DNA from: Clostridia bacterium
GTDB lineage: Bacteria; Bacillota; Clostridia; Oscillospirales; CAG-272
Length of the DNA: 64,000 bases
Assembly: GCA_017387685.1 (NCBI GenBank)
Contig: JAFOEU010000058.1
Location: 67,936 to 131,935, forward strand
Reading direction: 5' to 3'
The number at the start of each line of letters is the position of its first letter. Position 1 is the first letter of the stretch. The position numbers and the translations under genes are program-made. Below the pieces are notes generated by a model. It saw only the letters and a list, made by a program, of their open reading frames with translations. It was not told where the DNA came from and made no database searches. This document shows positions 43,048 through 51,688 of this stretch, piece by piece.

Positions 43048-43083
43048 AAAGCACCACGGATTTTTGTCCGTGGTGCTTTTTGT
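43048..43083. terminator. Bidirectional terminator between the ParE toxin gene and the isomerase gene
   Basis: AAAGCACCACGGA/TCCGTGGTGCTTT stem followed by a T-run. Confidence 0.75.
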
Positions 43084-43922
43084 TATATAAGCTTTTTAAT
43101 TCTATCCGCTGCATCTGTAAAAGCGGTTTTTGCATCGGGGTATTTATAAGGATTTTCAAAAGCTCTGCCAACAAGGGCGTTGAGACCCGAGAAGAGCTCG
43201 AGGTGGGGTTCGAGCGACACGAAAAAGTCGCAGTCGGCGTATTCTTTATGCTCCGCGAGTATCTCTGCGATCTTTGCCTCACCGCAGCCGGGAGGGACGA
43301 TCGCGCCCGCCGCGAGGGCGTCCTTGATGTGGAAATATGCGATTCGATCCTTGAGAAGACGGTATGCCTCGGGGTAGGGATCGACTCCTTCAAGAACGAA
43401 GTTGCCCATATCGTAAACGCAGGAGAGGGTGGGAAAGGCGTCGAGCAATTCGCGGCAACGCTCGGGAATGTCGCCGTAGATCTTTGCTTCATTCTCGTGG
43501 CAGAGGATGACGCCGTATTCGCGCGCGGCATCGAGAAGTCTGCCGAGGGCGGAGAAGACCTCGGTCTTCATATCGACGATATTTTTGCCGTCGGGCGCGT
43601 AGAAGCTAAACATTCTCACGTATTTCGCGCCGAGGATGTTCGCATATTCATACACGCGCTTGGCGGTTTCAATGTGACCGTCAAGGTCGCCGTCGAGCTT
43701 GATCTTGCCGAGGGGTGAGCCTATTGCGGAGACCTTGATTCCGTATTTGTCGAGCAGCTCCTTGGCTTCAAGAATTTCCTCTTTGGTCAAAACCGAAATG
43801 TTTTTCTTGTTGACGTGGCGGATCTCAATATGAGATATTCCGAGCTTATTCAGCCCTTGAAGCTGTTCCTCAAAGCTGTCGGAATATTCGTCGGCGAATG
43901 CAGAAAGGATTATCTTTGCCAT
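43083..43922 (-). CDS. Sugar phosphate isomerase/epimerase (xylose-isomerase-like TIM barrel)
   Basis: 279 aa with CHENE, FHIKD and SLEPH motifs. The start is ATG 43922 (MAKIILSAF). Confidence 0.8.
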   Translation of the reverse strand: MAKIILSAFADEYSDSFEEQLQGLNKLGISHIEIRHVNKKNISVLTKEEILEAKELLDKYGIKVSAIGSPLGKIKLDGDLDGHIETAKRVYEYANILGAKYVRMFSFYAPDGKNIVDMKTEVFSALGRLLDAAREYGVILCHENEAKIYGDIPERCRELLDAFPTLSCVYDMGNFVLEGVDPYPEAYRLLKDRIAYFHIKDALAAGAIVPPGCGEAKIAEILAEHKEYADCDFFVSLEPHLELFSGLNALVGRAFENPYKYPDAKTAFTDAADRIKKLI

Positions 43923-43924
43923 AA

Positions 43925-44794
43925 TCACACCTTGATCTCGGGGAGCTCTTCGGCACATCCGCTTTCAAGCGAGCGCATAATGGCATTCATAATGAAGACG
44001 GGCGAGATGAATTCCTCGTGAGTGCAGGTCTGATCCGCACCGCCCAGGATCTCCGTGAATTCCTTGAACTCGCGGTAATACCAATCCGAGGTGGTGGGGA
44101 TCTCAAAGGATTTCGATGCCTTTTCAGCCATTCTTGCGGCATAGTAAACGTAAGTGCCGTCACAGAAAAGTCCGACGCAATCGTAATTATCGTAGTGGAA
44201 AAGCACGTTGATCGTCTTGCCGTTCTGCTTTGCCTCGACGGATTTCGGGAATCTGCCGAAGATCTCGCAGACCATTTCTACAAGGTGCTGGGCGTAGAAA
44301 TAGAATCCGCCGTAAGCGTTCTCAGCCTGATAGGGAGCGCGGATGAATCCGCCGAGAGTCTTGCCGCCGACCTCTGCAAGAGCGTCCGCCTTCAGCTCTG
44401 AGACGTAAACGTCCTGCTTAAGCGACGAACCGCCCGAAATTCTCGTTCCGCGTGCTTTGAGTGCCTGCATAAATTCGACAGCCTCCTCCTCGCTGACCGT
44501 GATCGGTTTGTCGATGAACATCGGGATGCCGCTCTCTATGTAGGGCTTTGCGAATTTATAATGATCGCCGCCGTGGCGCGCGGTGATGATAAGACCGTCG
44601 ATCTTGCCTACCGCGCTGTCGTAATTTTCAAGAACGGGAACGCCGAAGTTGTCGCGAAGCTTTTCAGCCGCCGCGGTATCGACGCTGTAAACGCCGATGC
44701 ACTCGATGTCCGCGAATTCTTCCTTTTCCTTAATGAACTTCAAAAACGCATTAGCGTGCGAGTTTTCGCATCCGAGAATAGCAATCTTTTTCAT
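43925..44794 (-). CDS. Gfo/Idh/MocA-family oxidoreductase
   Basis: N-terminal Rossmann segment KIAILGCENSHA, FIDKP motif. Confidence 0.8.
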   Translation of the reverse strand: MKKIAILGCENSHANAFLKFIKEKEEFADIECIGVYSVDTAAAEKLRDNFGVPVLENYDSAVGKIDGLIITARHGGDHYKFAKPYIESGIPMFIDKPITVSEEEAVEFMQALKARGTRISGGSSLKQDVYVSELKADALAEVGGKTLGGFIRAPYQAENAYGGFYFYAQHLVEMVCEIFGRFPKSVEAKQNGKTINVLFHYDNYDCVGLFCDGTYVYYAARMAEKASKSFEIPTTSDWYYREFKEFTEILGGADQTCTHEEFISPVFIMNAIMRSLESGCAEELPEIKV

Positions 44795-44806
44795 TTTCGT
44801 GTCTCC

Positions 44807-45877
44807 TTAAAACTTCAAGGGAAGCGGATTCTGCGCGTGTACCGTTTCGATAACTCCGATTACAGCCGCCGCCATTTCGGGGGTGACGGTCATAGGTCTG
44901 CCCTCGGTGATCTTGTAGTAGAGCTGTTCGTAAAGCGAAGCGGTGCCGACGTCGAATGCGGTGCCGTTGAATTTGCCCTCTTCCTCGTGCTTGACGAGCT
45001 TTTCGGAGCAGTAGACGGGATCACCCGCATCGTTCTTGATGAATGTCTCGGATACCTCCTTTTCGGGGTTCTCGCCGTCAACTATGTAGGTCATATTGTA
45101 AGCCGCGGGGGTGCACTTGAAGCAGCCGCGTGTGCCGAGGATCTTGACGTTGTAGTTCGAGAAAGCGTCAATAGAGGTGACCTCGATATCCACAACGGGC
45201 TTGTTGGGAGTATCGATGATGATCTTTGCAAAGTCATCCGAGTCGCCGAAGGTCAGCGCACAGCCGAGCTTCGAGTAAACCACGCGTGCATTTTCGTCGA
45301 AATCAAGGAATCCGAGTGCAAGTCCGATGGGGTGAGGACCGGTGTTGTAAACACCGCCCGCGCACTTCTTCTGCAGAGTCTGCCAGTCCCAACGGCGGGC
45401 GAAATTATTGTAGCGGATGCTGATCTGCTTGATCTCGCCGAGCTTACCCGACTTCGCAAGCTCGTATGCAAAGGGATAGAAGGGAGCGAGGAAGGTCTGC
45501 TGGAATACAGCAAGTGTTACGCCCTTATCCTTTGCGATCTTGATAAGCTCGTCGCATTCGTAACGAGTGCGGCCGAAGGGCTTTTCAACGAGCACGTTGA
45601 AGCCGTGAAGGAGAAGATCCTTGGTGATCGGATAGTGCATCTCCGAATAGGTGGAGTTTACAACGAGGTCGATATCGTCAAGCTTGAAAAGCTCGGTGTA
45701 ATCGGCGAAGGTCTTGCATCCGGGGTAGATCTCCTCGGCAACACCTCTGCGGAACTCGTCCGCGTCGACAACGTATTTTACGTCGTAATAGAGATTGTCC
45801 TTGCTGCGGTAATATTTTCCGTGGATGTTTTTACCGCTTCTGCCTTGACCGATGATGGCGAGATTGAGTTTTTTCAT
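44807..45877 (-). CDS. Gfo/Idh/MocA-family oxidoreductase
   Basis: LNLAIIGQGRSG, VLVEKP, length 356 aa. Confidence 0.85.
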   Translation of the reverse strand: MKKLNLAIIGQGRSGKNIHGKYYRSKDNLYYDVKYVVDADEFRRGVAEEIYPGCKTFADYTELFKLDDIDLVVNSTYSEMHYPITKDLLLHGFNVLVEKPFGRTRYECDELIKIAKDKGVTLAVFQQTFLAPFYPFAYELAKSGKLGEIKQISIRYNNFARRWDWQTLQKKCAGGVYNTGPHPIGLALGFLDFDENARVVYSKLGCALTFGDSDDFAKIIIDTPNKPVVDIEVTSIDAFSNYNVKILGTRGCFKCTPAAYNMTYIVDGENPEKEVSETFIKNDAGDPVYCSEKLVKHEEEGKFNGTAFDVGTASLYEQLYYKITEGRPMTVTPEMAAAVIGVIETVHAQNPLPLKF

Positions 45878-45894
45878 TGTTTTGATCTCCTAAT

Positions 45895-46674
45895 TTATAA
45901 TTTCAGGCTTTTATTGAATTCGTTAACGAAATCTATATCTCTTGCGGTGAGCTCGACCCAAGCGGGCGAGAAGCCGCATTTGATCGCGTTGCGCGCGGAT
46001 TTGAGATTGCACCACGCGGTGCAGTAGAAGGGAACTTTATCGAGCTTCAAAATCTCGATAGCAAGGCGGCTCGTCAGCGCCGAGGCGATTCCCTGTCTGC
46101 GGTATTCGGGAAGAACGTCAATGCCGATCTGATACATATCCTCGCAGTCAGCCGAGCATCCCGCAAGACCGACGAGCCGTCCGTTATCGTAAGCACCGAC
46201 ACCCAGAACATCAAGCTCGCGGCGCTTTTCGCAAAGGGCGTTGCCCCATTCGGGAAGATAGAGGTCAGCAAAATCCTCTTGATGAAGGGTTCGCATCTCG
46301 TAAGGGCAGGGAAGCTCGCGGAGCTTGTCAACGTCGGGAAGGTAGTAGACCGCCGTGAAGCAGACCTTGAGGTGATAGGGGAGAAGCATTTCGTCGAGCA
46401 CGTGTACGTTCGGCGTTTCAAATGAGTGCGCGACGACGTATTTGCTTAAATATTCACGCACCGCCTCGCGAGTCCGATCGCTTGTCTGCGCCACGACGTT
46501 GTTGCCGTAGCTGACGAGGTCGCATTCAAAAGGAAGGGGGAGATATTTCCTTGCCTTCGGATGCTTCACCGAGGAGGTCAGCACGTGGTCCTCTTTGAGA
46601 AAATCTTCGGGTGAGCAATTGCAGTCGTATGCCGACTGCTGCAGAGCAATCTGCATTATTTTTTCATTTGTCAT
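45895..46674 (-). CDS. GNAT-family N-acetyltransferase
   Basis: The acetyl-CoA motif is EYRRQGIASALT. The start is set at ATG 46674, because the longer ORF-track version would overlap trkH. Confidence 0.75.
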   Translation of the reverse strand: MTNEKIMQIALQQSAYDCNCSPEDFLKEDHVLTSSVKHPKARKYLPLPFECDLVSYGNNVVAQTSDRTREAVREYLSKYVVAHSFETPNVHVLDEMLLPYHLKVCFTAVYYLPDVDKLRELPCPYEMRTLHQEDFADLYLPEWGNALCEKRRELDVLGVGAYDNGRLVGLAGCSADCEDMYQIGIDVLPEYRRQGIASALTSRLAIEILKLDKVPFYCTAWCNLKSARNAIKCGFSPAWVELTARDIDFVNEFNKSLKL

Positions 46675-46675
46675 A

Positions 46676-48127
46676 TCAGTTGCCTTTCGATCTCTTCCAG
46701 ATGAGAGGATTGAGTCCGAGCAGAAGAGGGAATACCTCAAGTCTGCCGAGGAGCATTGCGAATGAGAGAATAATCTTTGAAAATCCCGAATAATCCGCAA
46801 AGCTTGACGCGGGACCGACAGCACCGAATCCCGGTCCGATATTGTTGAAGCAGGCAACCGAGGCGGTAAAGTTGGTCTCAAAATCGAAGGGCTCGAATGA
46901 GAGAAGCACGAATACCGCGATTATGCAGAGCGTATAGACGGCAAAGTATGAGGTTACGCCGTTCAGCGTTTCATCGTCGAGCTTCTTGCCCTCCGACATA
47001 ACCGCCTTTACAGAACGGGGATGGAGAAGTCGCTTGAGCTCCTTTTTGATGGATTTGAAAAGGATAACGACTCTTGCCGCCTTAAGACCACCGCCCGTCG
47101 AGCCCGCACAGCCTCCGATGAACATCAATATAAGCAAAAGTGCCTTGGAAAGTCCCGGCCAGAGGTTGAAATCGGCTGTTGCATATCCTGTGGTTGAAAC
47201 GATGGTACAAACCTGAAAAGCGGAAAGGCGTATCGCTTCCTCAAAGGTTTCGTACATCGGGAGAATGTCAACGGTTATCGCGCCGATGCAGAAAAGCACG
47301 AGGGCGCAGAAGAACCAAAGCTCGTCGCTCTTGAACACCGCGCGGAATTTTCTGATCAGCATAAGGTAATAAAGGTTGAAATTGATTGCAAAGAGGAACA
47401 TAAACGCGGTTATGACCCATTGCAGATATGGCGAATATGATGCTATACTGTCCGCCTTGATGCCAAAGCCGCCCGTGCCTGCAGTACCGAAGGCGTGAAC
47501 GATGCTGTCGAATATCGGCATTCCCCCTGCTATGAGCAGAACGGTGAGGATAGCGGTCATACCGAAATAGATCCAATAAAGTATCTTTGCCGTGTCGCGC
47601 GAGCGGGGAACGAGCTTGCCGACTGTCGGACCGGGCATTTCGGCTTTGAGGATATTGAGCGATCTGTCCGCAATGTTAGGCACGACCGCCGTTACGAGTA
47701 CTAAAACTCCCATACCGCCGATCCAATGTGTAAAGCTGCGCCAAAAGAGCATACATTTGTCGAGCGATTCAACGTCGGTCAGTATCGATGCGCCCGTCGT
47801 GGTGAATCCGCTGACGGTCTCAAAGAACGCATCGATATACGAGGGGATCGCGCCGCCGAGGACAAAGGGAAGCGCGCCGACGGCGGACATAAGAAGCCAC
47901 GCGTAGGCAACTATCGCGAAGCCCTCCTTAGCGTATATAAGTCGGCTTTGAGGCTTGAAGAAAAGAATGAAGAACATTCCGACGGCAAGCGAGAGCGCGG
48001 CTGTGATAAGGAAGGAAAAACCGCTTTTTTCGAGGTATATCAAGGCGACGAGTGCGGGAAGAAGCAGCAAGGCAGCCTCAACCAAAGCAATATTGCCGAC
48101 GGTGTAAAAGACCATTTTACGATTCAT
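46676..48127 (-). CDS. trkH: TrkH-family potassium uptake membrane protein
   Basis: 483 aa, polytopic, with filter-like segments VSGFTTTGA, GTAGTGGFG, STTGYA and GGCAGSTGGGLK. Confidence 0.9.
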   Translation of the reverse strand: MNRKMVFYTVGNIALVEAALLLLPALVALIYLEKSGFSFLITAALSLAVGMFFILFFKPQSRLIYAKEGFAIVAYAWLLMSAVGALPFVLGGAIPSYIDAFFETVSGFTTTGASILTDVESLDKCMLFWRSFTHWIGGMGVLVLVTAVVPNIADRSLNILKAEMPGPTVGKLVPRSRDTAKILYWIYFGMTAILTVLLIAGGMPIFDSIVHAFGTAGTGGFGIKADSIASYSPYLQWVITAFMFLFAINFNLYYLMLIRKFRAVFKSDELWFFCALVLFCIGAITVDILPMYETFEEAIRLSAFQVCTIVSTTGYATADFNLWPGLSKALLLILMFIGGCAGSTGGGLKAARVVILFKSIKKELKRLLHPRSVKAVMSEGKKLDDETLNGVTSYFAVYTLCIIAVFVLLSFEPFDFETNFTASVACFNNIGPGFGAVGPASSFADYSGFSKIILSFAMLLGRLEVFPLLLGLNPLIWKRSKGN

Positions 48128-48140
48128 CGTGTGCCTCCGC

Positions 48141-49499
48141 TTATTCGATTATATCCGATAGGTCGTAAAGTCGGTGGTTTGCCGCGATGACTATGACCTT
48201 GTCGCCCGGAAGAATGACGTCATCACCGTTCGGAACTATCGGGCGGCGGTTGCGGAGAATGCCGGCGATAAGGATATTTTGCTTGAACTTTATTTCCTTA
48301 AGCGCTTTACCCGCGTGGCTGAAATCGGCACTAACGTTGAATTCAAGTGCCTCGGCTTTACCGTCCATAATTTTATAAAGTTTTTCAACGTTGCTTCCTA
48401 CCGTGTTCTGAAGCGCACGGGCGTAACGTACGACCTCGTCGGCAACCGTATGGATGGGCGAGATGATCGTGTCGATTCCGAGCTTACCTGCAATGGGGTG
48501 GAACTCGGGTCTGTTGACCTTTGCAATGACCTTTCCTACCTTTTGTGAAGATGCAAAGTAGGAAATAAGGATGTTGTTTTCGTCGTATCCGGTGAGCGCA
48601 ACGAAGGCATCCTTTTGCTGTATGCCCTCCTCAATCAGCATATCCTGATCCGCGCCGTCACCGCATATAACGGTCGCCCCGGGGATAGCCTCGGCAAACT
48701 CCGCGCATCGCTCGGGCTTCTTGTCGATTACGGTGACGTTATGCCCGGAGGCAAGAAGCGACTGAGTGAGATAATATGCTATGCGGCTTGCGCCGAGGAG
48801 CATTACGTCCTTTGCTTTTCTCGTGATAAGACCAAAGCTTCTGAGAAGCTTGCCGATCTCGTTAGGTGCGGCGGTCAGCGCGATCCGGTCACCGCCTCGA
48901 AGCTCGAAGCGACCGTCGGGGATAATGACCTCATTATCGCGTAATACCGAGCATATAAGAAACTTTCCGGTGCTGTGGCGACTCAGGTCGATCATATTTT
49001 TGCCTATTAGTGGGGAATCGTCGTCGAGTATCATTTCAACTATCTGAAATCTTCTTGAAGCGAAGGTTTCAATATTGACCGCCGAGGGGAATTTAAGAAT
49101 ATTGGCGATCGTGTGCGCGACGGATGCCTCGGGATTGAGAGCAGCGGAAAGCTGAAGCTGTGTTACCATAAACCCAAGACTCTTGTCGTTGTATTCGGGA
49201 TCGCGTATACGGGCTACAGTATATTTTGCTCCGAGGGTTTTTGAAATGTAGCATGAGAGCATATTGAGCTCATCCGATCCCGTTGTGGCGATAACTATGT
49301 CCGCTCGCGCCGCACCTGCCTCGGATAGCACCTCACAGTCGGTGCCGATACCGCAAAGACCGATAACGTCATAAGCGTTTGTTACCTCCTCAATGACATC
49401 GGGGGATTTATCGATTACGGCAACGTCGTGACCTTCCGAAACGAGCTTTTCAGCAAGGCTTTTTCCTATTTTACCGCATCCTACGATAATGATTTTCAT
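48141..49499 (-). CDS. trkA: Trk system NAD-binding subunit TrkA (double RCK)
   Basis: 452 aa with two Rossmann starts (MKIIIVGCGKIG and VMLLGASRIA), each followed by a TrkA-C-like domain. Confidence 0.9.
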   Translation of the reverse strand: MKIIIVGCGKIGKSLAEKLVSEGHDVAVIDKSPDVIEEVTNAYDVIGLCGIGTDCEVLSEAGAARADIVIATTGSDELNMLSCYISKTLGAKYTVARIRDPEYNDKSLGFMVTQLQLSAALNPEASVAHTIANILKFPSAVNIETFASRRFQIVEMILDDDSPLIGKNMIDLSRHSTGKFLICSVLRDNEVIIPDGRFELRGGDRIALTAAPNEIGKLLRSFGLITRKAKDVMLLGASRIAYYLTQSLLASGHNVTVIDKKPERCAEFAEAIPGATVICGDGADQDMLIEEGIQQKDAFVALTGYDENNILISYFASSQKVGKVIAKVNRPEFHPIAGKLGIDTIISPIHTVADEVVRYARALQNTVGSNVEKLYKIMDGKAEALEFNVSADFSHAGKALKEIKFKQNILIAGILRNRRPIVPNGDDVILPGDKVIVIAANHRLYDLSDIIE

Positions 49500-49509
49500 T
49501 GTTTACTCC

Positions 49510-51540
49510 TTAATTTTGAGAGGGAATGTAATTCTGATATATCCAATTAAGTCTGCCGAGGGGCGCAACGTCACCGTAGGTGTAGAAGTCCTCCATTGTC
49601 GAATATTTAATATTCTTATCGGCATCTGCCCACTTGAATTCGAGGTAAATTTCATTGTAATTATCAATTCCGAGCATAGAGAGGGGAACCGATATCATCA
49701 TTTCTGCGCCCTCGACACGGTAAAAAGTCTTGCCGACCTCGGAGGTCGCGAGAACACCGCCGTTTGAATTGCAGGAGGCAACCGTCGTCTTGTCCGCACT
49801 TTCAGGTGTAGCATTGATGAGAAAATCGTAGCCGTACCAGCCGTCTTTGGCATCGTTGTTGACGTTTACGAACAACTGCATCCACGAATTATCCGTGTTG
49901 AATTCCGAGATATCCTCGGCGCATCTGACGTAGAAATAAAGATTTTCCGTGTCATTCGTCACCTTGGCTTCAACTATATCGTTGTTGCCTGTGCGATCCT
50001 GAAGAACCTTGCCACCGAAGGATTTTGAAGATCTGTCCTTGGTGTCACCCTTGGGATCGGTGTAGGAAACGATGACCTTATTCCATTGATCGAATGATGC
50101 GGCGAGGTCGATCTTGTTTCGCGCATCCTGAATGATGACGGGCGCGGAGCCCTTGAGCGCTTGGATATTTGAGATCAATTGCATATAGTAGTTATCAAAA
50201 TATCCGCCGCGCATCATTTCGGCATCGCGGGAGAATTCCATCGAAGCGGTGTCAACAAAGTGAACGAAGCTCGCGTCGCCGCGGTGCTGCTGACCGTTTT
50301 GCCTTTGCGCTACCCACTCGTTCCAACCGGTCACGAGAACGTAGGGCACTCCCGATTCGATCGCTCTGTCCCATTGAGCCTGAAAGTTGAGACCGAGATT
50401 GGTGATAAGGTTATCCGCATCAAATGCCGCGCGGTAGGCTTCCATAGAGGCGTTATCGTCCTTTGCACCGTTGAAGCTTCTGCCTCGGTTATAGGCATAG
50501 CCGTAGAGAGAAGAATCCGAGAAGGTGACCGACTTATTGTGCTGTGCTATCGAAACGCTTATCGCGCTCGGATTGCCGTTTTTGTCGCTGAATATTCTCT
50601 GCGGCCATTCAAAATCCATCCAGGGCCAACCGTTTTTCTTGTAGTCCTCGTTAGGCCACTGAGCCGCCTTGACGGTGAAGAATCCGTTTATATTTCCTTC
50701 CTCAACACCGACGATGCAGGGCTTGCCGTCAACGTAAAACCACGTGTCGGGGTAGAGCTCTTTTGAATATATCTCATCGTAAAGCTGCTTCATAACTGCT
50801 TTCGAATTCGAATTGGTGTAGAAGACCACCTGCGGAGCGTCGTAGCCCTGCTCATTCAGCTCGTGGCAGGTCTTCATGACCTTGAGTGCGTTGTCCTTAT
50901 AAATGTATCCGTTTGTAATGTCGAAGTAGAGAAAGTCGACGTTTGCGTTTGAAAGAAGCTCCATATGCTTGCGGATGACCCAGCTGTCGCTTGCGTAGTA
51001 GTATCCGTAAAGAGGCTCGGCAAACCAATGCATCGTGCCGATATTGCCGTAGATGTTTTTGCCCGTGGCGGGATCCTTTGCGTTTGCGTCCTTGGCAAGC
51101 TCGCCGTAGGTGTTCTTGATCTTTTCGAGATCGTAAATACCGTCGTCGCCGTGCTCACCCTGCCAGAGGAAGTAGAAGATGCCGACGTATTTCTCGCCGT
51201 TTGAACCGTAGATTCCCGTGGTCAGAGAGGTGGGAAGGGATCGTCCAACGTCATCGGTTGCGGCAAAACCGCCCGAGAGGTAGTTCGCATTATTGGGAAC
51301 GGTGTGAGAGACCTTTTCGCCGTTCAGAGTGTAGGAGATCACGACGGTCTTGCCGTCGGCGCTCTCATCAAATCTTAACGTGCCTTCGTAGTTATCATCG
51401 GGATTGACGTACATTGTTTCCACTCCTTCGGTCAGGGTAGTTTCGGGTGATTCGGCTTCATCATTGCAAGCACCGGCTATAGGCAGAGAGCAGAGAAGCA
51501 GAAGAACGATTGCCCGTTTGGCAAATTTACTTATATTCAT
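49510..51540 (-). CDS. Lipoprotein, putative glycoside hydrolase (TIM-barrel, GH99/GH71-like pattern) with a C-terminal beta-sandwich domain
   Basis: Lipobox LPIAGAC. The segment EPLYGYYYASDSWVIRKHMELLSNANVDFLYFDITNG resembles the start of GH99-type barrels. The family assignment is uncertain. Confidence 0.6.
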   Translation of the reverse strand: MNISKFAKRAIVLLLLCSLPIAGACNDEAESPETTLTEGVETMYVNPDDNYEGTLRFDESADGKTVVISYTLNGEKVSHTVPNNANYLSGGFAATDDVGRSLPTSLTTGIYGSNGEKYVGIFYFLWQGEHGDDGIYDLEKIKNTYGELAKDANAKDPATGKNIYGNIGTMHWFAEPLYGYYYASDSWVIRKHMELLSNANVDFLYFDITNGYIYKDNALKVMKTCHELNEQGYDAPQVVFYTNSNSKAVMKQLYDEIYSKELYPDTWFYVDGKPCIVGVEEGNINGFFTVKAAQWPNEDYKKNGWPWMDFEWPQRIFSDKNGNPSAISVSIAQHNKSVTFSDSSLYGYAYNRGRSFNGAKDDNASMEAYRAAFDADNLITNLGLNFQAQWDRAIESGVPYVLVTGWNEWVAQRQNGQQHRGDASFVHFVDTASMEFSRDAEMMRGGYFDNYYMQLISNIQALKGSAPVIIQDARNKIDLAASFDQWNKVIVSYTDPKGDTKDRSSKSFGGKVLQDRTGNNDIVEAKVTNDTENLYFYVRCAEDISEFNTDNSWMQLFVNVNNDAKDGWYGYDFLINATPESADKTTVASCNSNGGVLATSEVGKTFYRVEGAEMMISVPLSMLGIDNYNEIYLEFKWADADKNIKYSTMEDFYTYGDVAPLGRLNWIYQNYIPSQN

Positions 51541-51580
51541 CGGAATTCCTTCGTGTTAATCATTTATCAATATTTATTTA

Positions 51581-51609
51581 ATTATAGCACTTTTATTATT
51601 AATTTGCAA
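51581..51609 (-). promoter_or_regulatory. Promoter (TTGCAA-17-TATAAT) for the long lipoprotein-trkAH-...-isomerase operon
   Basis: Reverse strand: -35 at 51604-51609 and -10 at 51581-51586. Confidence 0.55.
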
Positions 51610-51630
51610 TAGTATAGTGATTCTTTTCGG

Positions 51631-51659
51631 TTGACTTGTGCGATTTTTTGTGATATAAT
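51631..51659 (+). promoter_or_regulatory. Promoter (TTGACT-17-TATAAT) for the endonuclease I gene
   Basis: -35 at 51631-51636 and -10 at 51654-51659. Confidence 0.55.
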
Positions 51660-51688
51660 TAGTCGAAATCGATATAGGAAGCGTGAAA

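Noticed and set aside
42190-43083. Possible mobile element carrying the toxin-antitoxin pair
   Set aside because: I could find no transposase, integrase, terminal inverted repeats or target duplications. It is reported only as a compositional islet.
44561-46027. 488-aa forward ORF
   Set aside because: It spans the antisense of two Gfo/Idh/MocA genes and a GNAT gene. It crosses their intergenic gaps by chance and has no motifs.
46675-46881. 69-codon N-terminal extension of the GNAT ORF
   Set aside because: It would overlap the 3' end of trkH by about 200 nt. The ATG at 46674 sits right after the trkH stop.
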